Of a DNA stretch of 64,000 nt, positions 39,008 to 49,700 are shown one piece after another. A program made the position numbers and the translations under genes. The notes below the pieces were generated by a model that was not told the DNA's origin, made no database searches, and saw only the letters and a list, made by a program, of their open reading frames with translations. Origin of the DNA: Candidatus Latescibacterota bacterium (GTDB taxonomy: Bacteria > Latescibacterota > UBA2968 > UBA8231); the NCBI GenBank assembly GCA_965197905.1, contig CBDAOB010000004.1:992001-1056000 (forward strand), written 5' to 3'. The first letter of the stretch is position 1. Each line of letters opens with the position of its first letter.

Positions 39008-40657
39008 ATGATGAGTGCGGAGCGAGAGAGAGCGCGCTGGCGGCAACGGCGGCTCATTTACAACAACGACGGCGACGACGTGATCGAAGCGCGGCCTGAA
39101 GGCGTGGAGCACCAACACGACGTCGCCGAATCTCTCATGGTGCGCCGGACCGGGGATACGGTGCAGGATTTCCTCGACGCCCGCAGCACGCCGCTCATCG
39201 GCTCGCAGATAGACAGCAACTGGTTCGCCAGCGCCATGGCCGGCATCACCTTCTCCCATCACACGAAGCTGGGCGGATTCCACGGCACCGGCGTTCCCCT
39301 GGAGCTGGTAGAGAAGTACGGGCGCGACACCCTTGAGATCCAGCTCGACTTCAGCCGCGAGCATGGCATGGAAGCATCCTGGGCCCTGCGCATGAACGAT
39401 GTCCATGATGCCTTCCCCATGGGGACGCGTCGGTATAACTACGGTATAGCAAAGTTCAAGCGAGAAAACCCAGGATACATGATGGGCCGGGAAGGTGACT
39501 GGGAGAAATACGAGAGTGACAGCCCGCGATATGCATGGGACCTGCGGCATGCATGGACGCGATTGGATTTCGCCATTCCGGAGGTGTGCGAGCACATGTT
39601 CCGCGTCATCGAGGAGGTGGCGGAGAACTACGACGTGAACCTCATTGGCATGGAGTTCTTCAAGTACTGGCCGTACTTCCGCGAGGGGCTCGACGGAGAT
39701 CCGGTCGAACCCGAACACATGGAGATAATGAACGATCTTCTGCGCCGCGTTCGGTGCATGGCCGACGACGTGGCCAGCCGGCGCGGCCGCCCGTTGCTGC
39801 TGGCGGCCCAAACGCCGTTCAAGCTGGAGGATTGTGTGCACGTCGGCGTGGATCTGGAGACATGGCTCAAGGAAGGGCTGATCGACCAGCTGATCCCGGG
39901 GGGCAATTATGAGTCGGTCTTGCGCGATTCCTACACCGACATCATCGCCCTGGGACACAAATATGAGATCCCGGTCTACCCATGCATGACGTGGGCGTTT
40001 TGGGATCGCTGGGTTTTTCTCGCGTCGAGCGACGGGAAATACAGGCAGTTCGACGATTGGCTCGAGACGCTGTACGGGGGACAGCCCGACCGCATCGGCA
40101 AACCGGAGTATGTTACGTTGTTCAACGGGTGGGAGGGCTCCTTCCCAGCATGGCGCGGCGCTGCCTTGAACTTGCTTAACGCCGGCGCCGATGGACTCTA
40201 CCTCTTCAACCCCGCGCTCGGTGAGCCGCGTGTATGGCGGGAGATCGGAGAGGTGGCGACCATGGCTGGAAAAGACAGACTCTATGGCATCGACCGTTTC
40301 GAAGGCCCCGATAGCTTCAGCGAAATCCCGGAGGTAACACTGCCCGCGTTAGCGAGTTTTCAGGTGGGCGAGGATGTGGGATCTCTAGGTGCGCGGAGCA
40401 TCGATTTCACCCTGCATCTGTGGAACTGGGTTCCAGGTGACGACCTCTCGGTGAAACTCAACGGGGTATCTGTCGATGGGCTAGAACCGGCCGACCAGGA
40501 CCGAAACCATGAGGAAGGTCAGTGGTTACAGGGCAATCTCGATTCCAAGCAGATCAAACGAGGTGAGAACCAGCTGGAAGTGGCGGTGAACAAACGGGGC
40601 GAGTCGGGCTCATCTCCAGTCGTTCTGGACACGGCGCAGCTGCGCGTTCGCTACTAG
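39008..40657 (+). CDS. GHL10/DUF187-like TIM-barrel protein (paralog 2)
   Basis: Colinear with and visibly highly similar to 13756..15396. Confidence 0.75.
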   Translation: MMSAERERARWRQRRLIYNNDGDDVIEARPEGVEHQHDVAESLMVRRTGDTVQDFLDARSTPLIGSQIDSNWFASAMAGITFSHHTKLGGFHGTGVPLELVEKYGRDTLEIQLDFSREHGMEASWALRMNDVHDAFPMGTRRYNYGIAKFKRENPGYMMGREGDWEKYESDSPRYAWDLRHAWTRLDFAIPEVCEHMFRVIEEVAENYDVNLIGMEFFKYWPYFREGLDGDPVEPEHMEIMNDLLRRVRCMADDVASRRGRPLLLAAQTPFKLEDCVHVGVDLETWLKEGLIDQLIPGGNYESVLRDSYTDIIALGHKYEIPVYPCMTWAFWDRWVFLASSDGKYRQFDDWLETLYGGQPDRIGKPEYVTLFNGWEGSFPAWRGAALNLLNAGADGLYLFNPALGEPRVWREIGEVATMAGKDRLYGIDRFEGPDSFSEIPEVTLPALASFQVGEDVGSLGARSIDFTLHLWNWVPGDDLSVKLNGVSVDGLEPADQDRNHEEGQWLQGNLDSKQIKRGENQLEVAVNKRGESGSSPVVLDTAQLRVRY

Positions 40658-40685
40658 GCAACACGAAAGGGAATAGCCCCCGGTG

Positions 40686-40925
40686 ATGGACCCCATCGAG
40701 GCAGCCCGCTTCACCGCCCGCGAGGGATTCGCCGGCATGGAGATTCAAGGCGATCGTCTGGGCCTGTGGCCGACGACGGTGGCGAGGTCTACCGTCGCCG
40801 AATTGTGCGCCATCGGCGAGGGCGAGGGCATCGACTACACCTTCTATCCTTCGTCCCTCCTCAATCCGGCTACGGCGCTTCCCGCAGGCGGCAGCAGCGT
40901 ACATAGGTCACGTGCTCTTCGGTGA
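40686..40925 (+). pseudogene. 5' fragment of sugar-phosphate isomerase/epimerase
   Basis: PIEAARFTAREGFAGMEI...LNPA, then collides with the convergent gene. Confidence 0.6.
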
Positions 40926-41949
40926 CGTAGTAGACCACTACGATCGTACCATCAGACAACTGCGTCACCGATGGTGTGCCCCAGGTGAAAAAGTGATACG
41001 AATCGAACACGTCCTCGACCAGGTCCCGTTTTTTCGACAACACCGGAGCGCTGCGCACGGCCGCCGGTTCGATACCCCACAATTCGAGGTGATCCGCTTC
41101 GTTGAAGCGAGCTCCACCGTCCTCCGACAACATCGCTCTTACCCCCATGGGTGAGCGACGGTGATTGGTGACGGCTATGACGCGGCCGCTGAGAAGACCC
41201 GCCACATCGGTGACTTGGCCCCAGAAACCGGCATCTCGGGGTTCCGTCCAGCTATCGCCGCCGTCTGATGACCAAGCCGTATGCACGTTCAGGCCGGAAT
41301 CCGTTTTCGTATCATGCGTCCAGTAGGCGGCGAGGAGCCGGCCATCAGCCAGGCCGGTGATACGAAGATCGAAGTAGTAGTGACCGTCGCGCGGTCCCTG
41401 TACCCAACGCCAGGCATCCCAGGTGTGTCCGCCGTCGGTTGAACGGCTAATCAAAGCGCTCCACTCGGGAGGATCGGCAGTGTCGTCGCCGAACTCCGAG
41501 GCCGATACGATCGAGCCGTCCGGTAGCGTAACCAGGTTGCCGCCGACTCCGATGGTGCCCAGCGAGCCAGTTTCGACCGTACTGGGCTGCGACCAGGTAA
41601 GGCCACCATCGTCCGAGCGCCACACGTGCTGGCCGGAGGGGTAACGACACCAGACCAACACAGTGCCGTCGGCGGTCACACCGAATCCGCCAGGTAGGCG
41701 CCAACCTTGTTGAACCTCCGACGGTTCCGGCAAAGCGACAGCAGGAGCCCAATTCTCCCCGCCGTCATCGGATCGATGAATCCTTACCAAACCGTCGTCA
41801 CTTTCTCTCGCCGATCCATGACGGCACATACACAACAGGGTGTTGTCCGGCAGGGCCTGGACCGAGGGAAAGGCGACGTATTCATTGATGTGACTGGGTC
41901 GCTCGTTGCGGTAGACGGTGCTGTGGCTGAGAACCTTCAATCCCGCCAT
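40870..41949 (-). CDS. BNR/Asp-box sialidase-family protein
   Basis: AFPSV, SDDGGENW, SDDGGLTW, STDGGHTW, SSDGGDSW, SEDGG; RBS GGAGG. Confidence 0.85.
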   Translation of the reverse strand: MAGLKVLSHSTVYRNERPSHINEYVAFPSVQALPDNTLLCMCRHGSARESDDGLVRIHRSDDGGENWAPAVALPEPSEVQQGWRLPGGFGVTADGTVLVWCRYPSGQHVWRSDDGGLTWSQPSTVETGSLGTIGVGGNLVTLPDGSIVSASEFGDDTADPPEWSALISRSTDGGHTWDAWRWVQGPRDGHYYFDLRITGLADGRLLAAYWTHDTKTDSGLNVHTAWSSDGGDSWTEPRDAGFWGQVTDVAGLLSGRVIAVTNHRRSPMGVRAMLSEDGGARFNEADHLELWGIEPAAVRSAPVLSKKRDLVEDVFDSYHFFTWGTPSVTQLSDGTIVVVYYVTEEHVTYVRCCRLREAP

Positions 41950-42180
41950 TTCGATCAAACCTCCCGAAAAAGGTGATGGGCCCGATTTAAACGTCCTATT
42001 ACTTTCGCAGCCGGATCTGGGCGCTAAAGAAGCGGTTGTCGCTCTTATCGATCATGCCGAGGTCCGCAGAGTGTCCGAGTATCGGCACGAATGAATGGAC
42101 CAATATATTGCGGGTATTATTACGAAACCATTACTTCGGTCAAATTCGACTTTAGCATGCCAACATGAATGGAAGCCACA

Positions 42181-43083
42181 ATGAAACTAGAAGATTACGA
42201 TTTCTTCAAGGACAACGGCTACCTGTCGCTTGGAAAGATCTTGAGCGACGACGAGGTAACTCGTTTTGCGGATCTTTTCGACCGGAACCGTCGCGACTTC
42301 AGCCGTTTCTGGAACGACAACGGCATCTGGCAAACCCAGCACTGCGATTTGCTCCTGACCGCGCCCGAGTTTGATGAGATCATTCGCCACCCCAAGGCCA
42401 TTGAGCCGCTCCAGGGCTTGATGGACGACGAGGTCTGTTTTTCGGATGCCTGCCTCCGGCACATGGAGCCGTACGCGGGCGAGCCGCTTCCCGGGATGAC
42501 GTCGTGGGAAGGGCCGGTAGGGCGCCGCTGGCATCGAGACGTGGTGGAAGACACCATGTGGCGGGAACATCCGCTGCGCATAGGCTATGTCCAGATGATG
42601 GTCTACATGGCAGACGTCAACGACACAACCCATAGCTTCTCCATCTCGCCCCAACCGTTCGATCACGAGATTCTGGACGCGGAAGCTCAGCTTGAGCGCG
42701 GTGGAATCCACGACCTGTACGGCGGTGCAGGAACGGCGATACTGTTTAATATCACCCGTCTACACACGGTGACCGTGCGTCCAACGCAGTCTGAACGCAA
42801 ATCCGTACAGATCTATTACGGCCACCGGCACCGCGAATTCCTCGGCGACGATACGTTCATACCGACTCAGCTATGGCGTGACCATCAAGACGAGGAGGTG
42901 CGTGGATTCTACGGCGTTCTCAATGGCAAGACCCAGGAGTATATGAAACGCACAGCCGACCGCGACGAGATCCCTGTGAATGAGGCGCTGGAGATCTTGG
43001 CCGATATTCGGCAGAACGTAAACCTGCCGAAAAAATATGGACCCCGCTGGCGTTACACTGTGCACGGGACGAGGAGAAAATAA
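42181..43083 (+). CDS. PhyH-family dioxygenase
   Basis: FFKDNGYL, IIRHP, WHRD, AGTAILFN..LH. Confidence 0.85.
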   Translation: MKLEDYDFFKDNGYLSLGKILSDDEVTRFADLFDRNRRDFSRFWNDNGIWQTQHCDLLLTAPEFDEIIRHPKAIEPLQGLMDDEVCFSDACLRHMEPYAGEPLPGMTSWEGPVGRRWHRDVVEDTMWREHPLRIGYVQMMVYMADVNDTTHSFSISPQPFDHEILDAEAQLERGGIHDLYGGAGTAILFNITRLHTVTVRPTQSERKSVQIYYGHRHREFLGDDTFIPTQLWRDHQDEEVRGFYGVLNGKTQEYMKRTADRDEIPVNEALEILADIRQNVNLPKKYGPRWRYTVHGTRRK

Positions 43084-43103
43084 GTGTGTGTGGTGTCCAG
43101 TTC

Positions 43104-43119
43104 TGTGAGCGCGCTCACA
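43104..43119. promoter_or_regulatory. CRP-type box TGTGA-N6-TCACA (perfect 16-bp palindrome)
   Basis: TGTGAGCGCGCTCACA, about 175 bp upstream of the PAS kinase. Confidence 0.55.
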
Positions 43120-43292
43120 ATCGCAGACGTTGCGAAGGAAAACCTCGTTCAGCCCACTGTCCTAACCAAATCCAGGTCTACTTTGGCTTGGCCATGACCG
43201 CTATAGGCTCGTGACGATGCGGTCATGGGTAAAACACTGTCAATAAGACCGGTCAACTCCCAAATCCTTTTCAGATCGGATGGCGTTGGACT

Positions 43293-44603
43293 ATGAACGA
43301 TGAAAACAAGACCAAAGCGCAACTCATTGAGGAATTGAACGAACTGCGCCAGCAGGTAAAAAATGTGGAAAATGTAGAAACTGTGCGAAAAAACTCAGGT
43401 AGGTCTGAGAACCGGTCCTCAGAGGATAGTCATTACCTGAAAGAAGAGCTCTACCGGTTAGTGCATGAGGATCCTGCGATTTTTGACTTTCTCCAGGATG
43501 GATCTCTGGACGGGATCTGGTATTGGGACATCGAGAAGCCGGAACACGAATGGATGAGCCCGCGATTCTGGGAGGTATTCGGTTACAATCCGATAGAGAA
43601 ACCGCACCTCGCTGAGGCTTGGCAGGATATGATCCATCCCGATGATCTCGAGCTCGCCATAGAGAATTTCCAAAAGCACTGTCAGGATCCAAAGCATCGC
43701 TACGACCAAGTGGTGCGGTATCGACACCGGAATGGTTCAACTGTATGGGTCCGCTGTCGTGGGATCGCGATCCGAGACAGTCAGGGTAAGCCAGTCCGCA
43801 TGTTGGGAGCCCACACCGAGGTAACCGTACTGAAAGAGACCGAGGAAGCACTCCGGCAGGCCGGCGAGGAAGCGGAACTTGCCAACCGGACCAAGAGCGA
43901 GTTTTTGGCCAGTATGTCCCACGAACTGCGCACCCCGTTGAATGCCGTCATCGGCTACAGTGAGATGTTGCAGGAGGAAGCCCGGGATCTGGGTCAGGAG
44001 GATTTCGTTCCGGATCTCAAGAAGATCCACGATGCTGGCCGTCACTTGTTGACAATGATTAATGACGTGCTCGACATGTCCAAGATCGAGGCGGGGAAAA
44101 TGGAACTAACCCTGGGCAGCTTTGACATATCGGAGTTGATCGACAGTGTAGTGAATACCATTCAGCCCCTGGCCAGAGACAACGGCAACGACCTGGTGGA
44201 GCATGGTACAGACTCTCTGGGGGACATGTATGCCGATCACACGCGCACGCACGAGTGCCTCGGCAACCTGCTGTCGAATGCCTGCAAGTTCACCAAGAAC
44301 GGGACCGTTTCACTGGCGGTGCGCCGTGAGCGGGTGGAGGGCAGGGAGGAGGTCGTTTTCCGCGTAAAGGATACGGGGATCGGGATGAGCACCGAGCAGC
44401 TGGCGCGGCTATTTCAGCCGTTTGTGCAGGCGGATAATTCCACCACCCGAAAATACGGAGGCACGGGCCTGGGGCTGGCCATCACCCGGCAGTTCAGTCG
44501 GATGATGGGGGGCGATGTCGAAGCGGAGAGCCAGTTGGGAAGCGGGTCCACTTTTACGCTGCGGTTACCGACTGAAGTAAAGGACGGGGCAGGAGAGGAT
44601 TGA
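43293..44603 (+). CDS. Cytoplasmic PAS-domain histidine kinase
   Basis: DGIWYWD..WQDMIHPDD PAS; FLASMSHELRTPLN H-box; NLLSNACKFT, DTGIG, GGTGLGL. Confidence 0.95.
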   Translation: MNDENKTKAQLIEELNELRQQVKNVENVETVRKNSGRSENRSSEDSHYLKEELYRLVHEDPAIFDFLQDGSLDGIWYWDIEKPEHEWMSPRFWEVFGYNPIEKPHLAEAWQDMIHPDDLELAIENFQKHCQDPKHRYDQVVRYRHRNGSTVWVRCRGIAIRDSQGKPVRMLGAHTEVTVLKETEEALRQAGEEAELANRTKSEFLASMSHELRTPLNAVIGYSEMLQEEARDLGQEDFVPDLKKIHDAGRHLLTMINDVLDMSKIEAGKMELTLGSFDISELIDSVVNTIQPLARDNGNDLVEHGTDSLGDMYADHTRTHECLGNLLSNACKFTKNGTVSLAVRRERVEGREEVVFRVKDTGIGMSTEQLARLFQPFVQADNSTTRKYGGTGLGLAITRQFSRMMGGDVEAESQLGSGSTFTLRLPTEVKDGAGED

Positions 44604-44660
44604 TCAGGCACTGTCGGCATCCGGACCTGATCATTCTCGATCTCACCATAGGAGGTGTCT
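44600..44660 (+). pseudogene. Receiver-domain scrap
   Basis: HPDLIILDL phospho-acceptor motif right after the kinase stop; rest absent. Confidence 0.45.
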
Positions 44661-45100
44661 TCGAGATCGATGGCTCGTTGAGGATGGTCGTATCAACCGC
44701 CTCTTCGCTGGAGAAGCTGCGATCTAGAAACGACCATCGGTGGAGGCGTGACTACGAAGGTCGCCAGCGAACCGATCACCCACCCCCGAGCAGCTGGTAA
44801 GGGCATTCAGTCCTATTTCGTCGGAGCAGACCTCGAGATCCTTTTCGCCCTCGCTCGGGATGCCCGGCACCGCCCCGGAGTCATCCGATATGGAAACGTT
44901 GGATTCGGCAGGTTCGCTTGTCCAGCTGAATCGTTAAGGATACGATCAGGATGAGCCGCAGAACTGGGCGTGGATCAAACAGTTGGGTATTTTGAACGCG
45001 TCGAGCACCGATGAGGGACTGGAGTAAGGTGAGGAAAGCGTTAGTGCTGGACAGCGTGCAGACCTGCGATAGATAACAGAAACCATGGAGAGCCAGTAAT

Positions 45101-46111
45101 ATGGTGGGGCAATCACTGGACCTGACCAACCGCAGGGTCCTGGCCATCGATGATACGCCGGCCAATCTCGAGGTACTGCTCAAACTCCTGGAGGCGCAGG
45201 GTTTCGACGTCCGCGTGGCCACCAGTGGAGAAGAAGCCCTGGAATGTGTGCCCCAGGCGAACCCCGACATCATTCTCCTTGATGTCACGATGCCGGGGAT
45301 CGACGGATACGAAACCTGCCGTCGCCTGAAGGCCATGCCGGACCTGGAAGAGGTGCCTGTCATTTTTCTGACGGCACGAACCGACCTGGAAGGAATCGTC
45401 ACGGGTTTCGAAGCCGGAGGTGCCGACTACGTGACCAAGCCCTTCCAGCAAGAAGAGCTTCTGGCGCGTCTCAAGGGCCATCTCGAACGCGCCCTGCTGC
45501 GCCAGCGGCTGGCCGAGGCGAATCAGCAGTTGGCGACAGCCAACGAGCGGCTCGAGGAGCAGGTACGGGCGCGGACGGCCGAGCTGAATCGAAGCGTCGA
45601 GGAGTTGCGGGCTCGAGACCGCATTGCCGGGCACATGCTCGCCGTCCACTCGATGGAAGAGGCCCTCGCCGTTGTCCTGGAGGTGATCGGCCAGCTGATC
45701 CCCTGCGAACGAGTCGCAGCCTACCTGATGCGACAGGGTCAGCTGACAGCGGTCGCGTCGAGCGGCTCAGGCGGTCCTCTCGGTGTTGAAGGGGGGCAGA
45801 CATTACAAACCGATCCGGCCGTATCCGCCGTCCTTGATGAGATGGAAGCGGCGCCAGCGCGCATCGGCGGCGACGGCCGGCGGGCTTTGATGCCGGTCCT
45901 CCGAAATGATCAGCTCATCGGTACGATCGAGCTGGTCTCTGCGGCCGCGATCTCCGATGCCGATCTGGCGATGATCGGCCGGCTGGCACCACAGGTCGCC
46001 ATCGCCATCCAGGACGCGCAGGTGCGCAATGATCCGCAGGAGTGGACGCAGGAACTGGACAGCCTCTTGCAGTCCGAGGACGAGATCGACATGATCGAGG
46101 ACGCCGAGTGA
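45101..46111 (+). CDS. Response regulator: REC + coiled coil + GAF, no obvious output domain
   Basis: LAIDD, PDIILLDVTMP, IFLTA, DYVTKP; LEEQVRARTAEL; MPV...LIGTIEL..LAPQVAIAI. Confidence 0.88.
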   Translation: MVGQSLDLTNRRVLAIDDTPANLEVLLKLLEAQGFDVRVATSGEEALECVPQANPDIILLDVTMPGIDGYETCRRLKAMPDLEEVPVIFLTARTDLEGIVTGFEAGGADYVTKPFQQEELLARLKGHLERALLRQRLAEANQQLATANERLEEQVRARTAELNRSVEELRARDRIAGHMLAVHSMEEALAVVLEVIGQLIPCERVAAYLMRQGQLTAVASSGSGGPLGVEGGQTLQTDPAVSAVLDEMEAAPARIGGDGRRALMPVLRNDQLIGTIELVSAAAISDADLAMIGRLAPQVAIAIQDAQVRNDPQEWTQELDSLLQSEDEIDMIEDAE

Positions 46112-46151
46112 ATACACCCGTCCCATTGTACCAGATGCTGGGTATCCCGGA

Positions 46152-48542
46152 GTGAGACTGCAAATCCCGGTCACCGAGCTTCGCGTGGGCATGTTCATAG
46201 AGGCCGACGTGATGAGCATCCTCCACGATGAGGGCATACGTCACTTCATGGAATTAGGCGGAGCCGTCTTCACCGAACCGACGCGCAAGCGTCTGCGGCT
46301 TAACGTTCGTGTCCACAAGGAAGTCAGCCACGCTGGCGGAATGTTGCTGCGTCGCAAGAAGCAACTCTCCACGCTGCTGGAGCTCGGCGTTGCCACGGTG
46401 ACGATCAACACGGACAAATGCGACGTCGTGCCAGATGTGCCGGAGCTGCAGCAGGAGCTCAAGGCCTCCAGGCAGAGAGGGCCCATCCCCTTCGACCTCG
46501 ACAGTGCGTTTTCCCTCGACAGCCTCGAACTGCCCGGCCTGATGCAGTCCCACGGTGCGCTGGCTGCCGGGACGACTCCCAGTACGGCCCCGTCGGGAAA
46601 GCAAGTGACCCCCATCGGCGGGCGGCGAAACTTCGGACAGCGGGGCACAGGGTGGATGAAGGTCGACACCAATCCAACCACCCGCGAAGGAGTCATGCAG
46701 GTAATCAGCTTCGGTGGGGACACCAGTCTCGGCACCAGCGACATCATGGAGACTCTCGAGAAGGAATACGGCATTCGGGGCACCATAGATCACGCAATGA
46801 TCGAGGCCCTCGCGAGCCAGGCTGCGGCGTCGCCCAACCGCGTGATCCGCGGTCACTTTCCGATCGCCACCGACCTGGATTTCGGTGAGCCCGAATCTAT
46901 GGTGTATACCTGTCTCGAAGGTGTAGACGAGTCGCAGTTTGACTTTCCGGGGGTCAAGAAGACGCTGGCACAGCACTCTCTCAAATCGGTGCTGTCTTCT
47001 GCGGTCGGTGCCTACCTGGTGTTGCCGGGGCAGGAGCTGGCGATCTACCTCGGCACCAGTACCAACGAGCCACCGCGCGCTGGCGCCGGTGTGGATCTCA
47101 ACGAAGGGAGATATTGCTCCCGCCAGTTCGGCTACCTATGCGCAGGGGACACCGAAGTGTCCGTCCTTTCACCGATCTGGGTCGCCCCTGATGGCATGTC
47201 GGCACACTACATCTCTCTGCCGCAACCCGAGCCCGCTGCCCTGTTGACGAAAGACTCCCTCGCCGACCTCCTGCGTCTTGCGGGTGTGACCCACGGGCTC
47301 GACGAGACGGCCTTGTCGCGACTCACGCTGGATGCGGGTCCCGGGAGCGACACGCAAGCGATCCAGATCGCCGCCGGTCAAGTGCCAGTGGCCGGTAAGC
47401 ATGAGCACATCTACCTGGCGTTCGAACAGGGAGTTGAGGGCGTGGCGCAAGTGCTGGATCGGTATGAGGCGAGCATGGTGTCCACCAACGATATGCTCGC
47501 CGAGGTAACCCCTCCCAGCATGCCGCAGGCGGGATGGACGGTCACGGGCACTCCGCTCGATGCGACCGAAGGAGAGGCTACGACGCTTATGGCGGGGTCG
47601 AATGTGCGCGTCGAGGAGCACGGTGAGAAGCGGGTCATGCTGGCCGAACTGCATGGCCGCGCCGTCGTCGTCAATCAGGTCCTGAGCGTACGGCCCGTTG
47701 TTGCGGTGGAGCAGGACGTGTCCGGCAAATTCCAGACAGAGCCGGGGCGGGACACTCGGATTCACGGCTCGATCCGTGCGGGCAGCCGGGTCCAGGCATC
47801 GTCGAGCATCGCCATCGACGGCGTTGTCGAGGATGGCGTCCAACTGATCGCGGACGAGGACGTCTACGTGGCTAAAGGGGTAATCGGCAACGCGACCAAG
47901 CTGATCTCCAAGGGAGATGTGGAGTGCGGTTTCGTAGAACGAGCGACTGTCTCCGCTGTCGGCAATGTGCGCGTGGCGCAGCACGCCATCGGTGCTCACA
48001 TGCGAGCAGGGGGCAGCATTCGCGTGGAGGGCGGGGAGGACATGGGATGTGTGATCGGCGGTGATCTGGTCGCAGGACGCGAGATCCACGTCCGCAGTGT
48101 CGAGTCCAGAGGACAGTCCACTTCGCTGCAGATTTCCGGCGATCCCCGTATCGAGGCGGGGTTGCGAAAAGTCGACACGACGATCGAGTTCTTCAGCACC
48201 AACACACGTCGCATCATTCGCACCCTGGGCGTCGACAACGTGTCCCAAGTGCGACCGATGTTGCGCCGCATGGATACGGCTGCCAAGCCTGCCGTCGTGC
48301 AGCTGCTCAAACAGCTGCAGACACTGACCCGCAACGTCACCCAGGCCCAGGATCGGCGCCGCACGCTGCAAGATCGCCAGGAAGCCGTGCTGGCCGAGGG
48401 CCGAATCCGCGTAGAGGGAAAGATCGAAGTCGGTGTGAGAATCGGGATCGGCAAAGCGGTCACTGTGATGCAGCAGGATGCCGAAGCCGTCGTCTTTCGG
48501 CTTCGGGATGGCGCCCTGGTGCGCGGCAAAGAAATCGACTGA
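46152..48542 (+). CDS. FapA (DUF342) family protein with DUF3391-like N-terminus
   Basis: IPVTELRVGMFI; G.TVTG..L, AG.NV; beta-helix I.G.I..G..V.A; IGG.LVAG; coiled coil. Confidence 0.8.
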   Translation: MRLQIPVTELRVGMFIEADVMSILHDEGIRHFMELGGAVFTEPTRKRLRLNVRVHKEVSHAGGMLLRRKKQLSTLLELGVATVTINTDKCDVVPDVPELQQELKASRQRGPIPFDLDSAFSLDSLELPGLMQSHGALAAGTTPSTAPSGKQVTPIGGRRNFGQRGTGWMKVDTNPTTREGVMQVISFGGDTSLGTSDIMETLEKEYGIRGTIDHAMIEALASQAAASPNRVIRGHFPIATDLDFGEPESMVYTCLEGVDESQFDFPGVKKTLAQHSLKSVLSSAVGAYLVLPGQELAIYLGTSTNEPPRAGAGVDLNEGRYCSRQFGYLCAGDTEVSVLSPIWVAPDGMSAHYISLPQPEPAALLTKDSLADLLRLAGVTHGLDETALSRLTLDAGPGSDTQAIQIAAGQVPVAGKHEHIYLAFEQGVEGVAQVLDRYEASMVSTNDMLAEVTPPSMPQAGWTVTGTPLDATEGEATTLMAGSNVRVEEHGEKRVMLAELHGRAVVVNQVLSVRPVVAVEQDVSGKFQTEPGRDTRIHGSIRAGSRVQASSSIAIDGVVEDGVQLIADEDVYVAKGVIGNATKLISKGDVECGFVERATVSAVGNVRVAQHAIGAHMRAGGSIRVEGGEDMGCVIGGDLVAGREIHVRSVESRGQSTSLQISGDPRIEAGLRKVDTTIEFFSTNTRRIIRTLGVDNVSQVRPMLRRMDTAAKPAVVQLLKQLQTLTRNVTQAQDRRRTLQDRQEAVLAEGRIRVEGKIEVGVRIGIGKAVTVMQQDAEAVVFRLRDGALVRGKEID

Positions 48543-48661
48543 TTCGAGGGTTCACTGTCTCTTGAGAAGACAGGCGGGAGTGTCTATCATACCCGAGTCT
48601 GGATCAAATGGTCCTGTCCAAAGACGCAGGGTCAACAGCAACCTTGATCGATGGGCAATTG

Positions 48662-49699
48662 ATGACAAAGATCGTCCGCACCCTTTGGCTCTGCCTTCTT
48701 TTACCCGCTGGTGTTCTTGGTCAGGAAAGAGAATTCTCGAGCTATGGATACATCGATCTGGAGTTCGAATACGACTCTGAAAAGGATGTATCGACTTTCG
48801 ATATCCATCACTTCAACCTGATTTCGACCTATTCATTCGATCAGTTTCGCGTCTTCTCCGAAGTCGAATGGGAGCACGGACCCAAGTTGGAAGCGGACGC
48901 CTCAGGCAGCGAAGGGGAGGTCGCACTCGAGCGCGCCTGGTTTGAATACCTCCACAGTGATCGTCTCAAGTTCCGCGCCGGGAAATTTCTCACCCCGTTC
49001 GGCATCTACAACCTCGTTCACGATGCAACCCCGACCTTTCTGACAACCAGTCTGCCCTCCATTTACAATTCCCACAACCCATTCGGCGTACGTAAAGAGC
49101 GTCTGTATGCCAAGTTCTACACGGGTTTACAGGTGTTGGGAGCGGTTCGGACAACGTCCGGCGTCCGATTTCGGTACACACTGGGGTTGGGCAATGGTCG
49201 CGGAGACACTCAATTCTCCTCCGACAACGATACGAACAAATCGCTCATCGCCAGAACGCAGCTCGGGTTCAGGCAATTCGACCTGGGACTGTCTCTCTAC
49301 ACGGACCGCAGCGAAACGGGGATGAGCGGGCTGGCTGAGGCACGGGAACGGGCCACCGGCGCGGACCTGACGTTTGAAAAGGACGGCCTCAAGATCCAGT
49401 CCGAGTATGCCCGTTTCCGCCTCGAACGGGCTGCGGGGTCCGGCTTTCAGAGTGCCGAATCCTACTACGCACAGATCTCATATCAAGTTAATGACTACGT
49501 CACCCCGATCGTGCGCTTCGATCGATTTGACCCCGACCGTGGGAGTACAGACGACGGGGATCGGCTTTTGCTGCTTGGGTTGAATGTCTCTCCCCATCCT
49601 CAGATTTACTTGAAGACAGAGGTCCAGTTCAGATCTTCCGATGTGCCTGGCGTGAAGTCCAGTCGACTCTATATCTCCTCAATCAGCGTGGCTTTTTGA
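48662..49699 (+). CDS. Outer-membrane porin
   Basis: Signal peptide; SEVEWEHG, LERAWFEY, RAGKFLTPFG; C-terminal ISVAF. Confidence 0.82.
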   Translation: MTKIVRTLWLCLLLPAGVLGQEREFSSYGYIDLEFEYDSEKDVSTFDIHHFNLISTYSFDQFRVFSEVEWEHGPKLEADASGSEGEVALERAWFEYLHSDRLKFRAGKFLTPFGIYNLVHDATPTFLTTSLPSIYNSHNPFGVRKERLYAKFYTGLQVLGAVRTTSGVRFRYTLGLGNGRGDTQFSSDNDTNKSLIARTQLGFRQFDLGLSLYTDRSETGMSGLAEARERATGADLTFEKDGLKIQSEYARFRLERAAGSGFQSAESYYAQISYQVNDYVTPIVRFDRFDPDRGSTDDGDRLLLLGLNVSPHPQIYLKTEVQFRSSDVPGVKSSRLYISSISVAF

Positions 49700-49700
49700 C

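Noticed and set aside
43100..43122. lac operator / vector contamination
   Set aside because: Spacing differs from lacO and there is no flanking vector sequence; it fits TGTGA-N6-TCACA better
983..48371. Long antisense or alternative-frame ORFs (e.g. 983..1945, 4084..5217, 6119..7429, 13723..14781, 25674..26786, 47169..48371)
   Set aside because: They are shadows of well-supported opposite-strand genes in GC-rich DNA and have no family motifs
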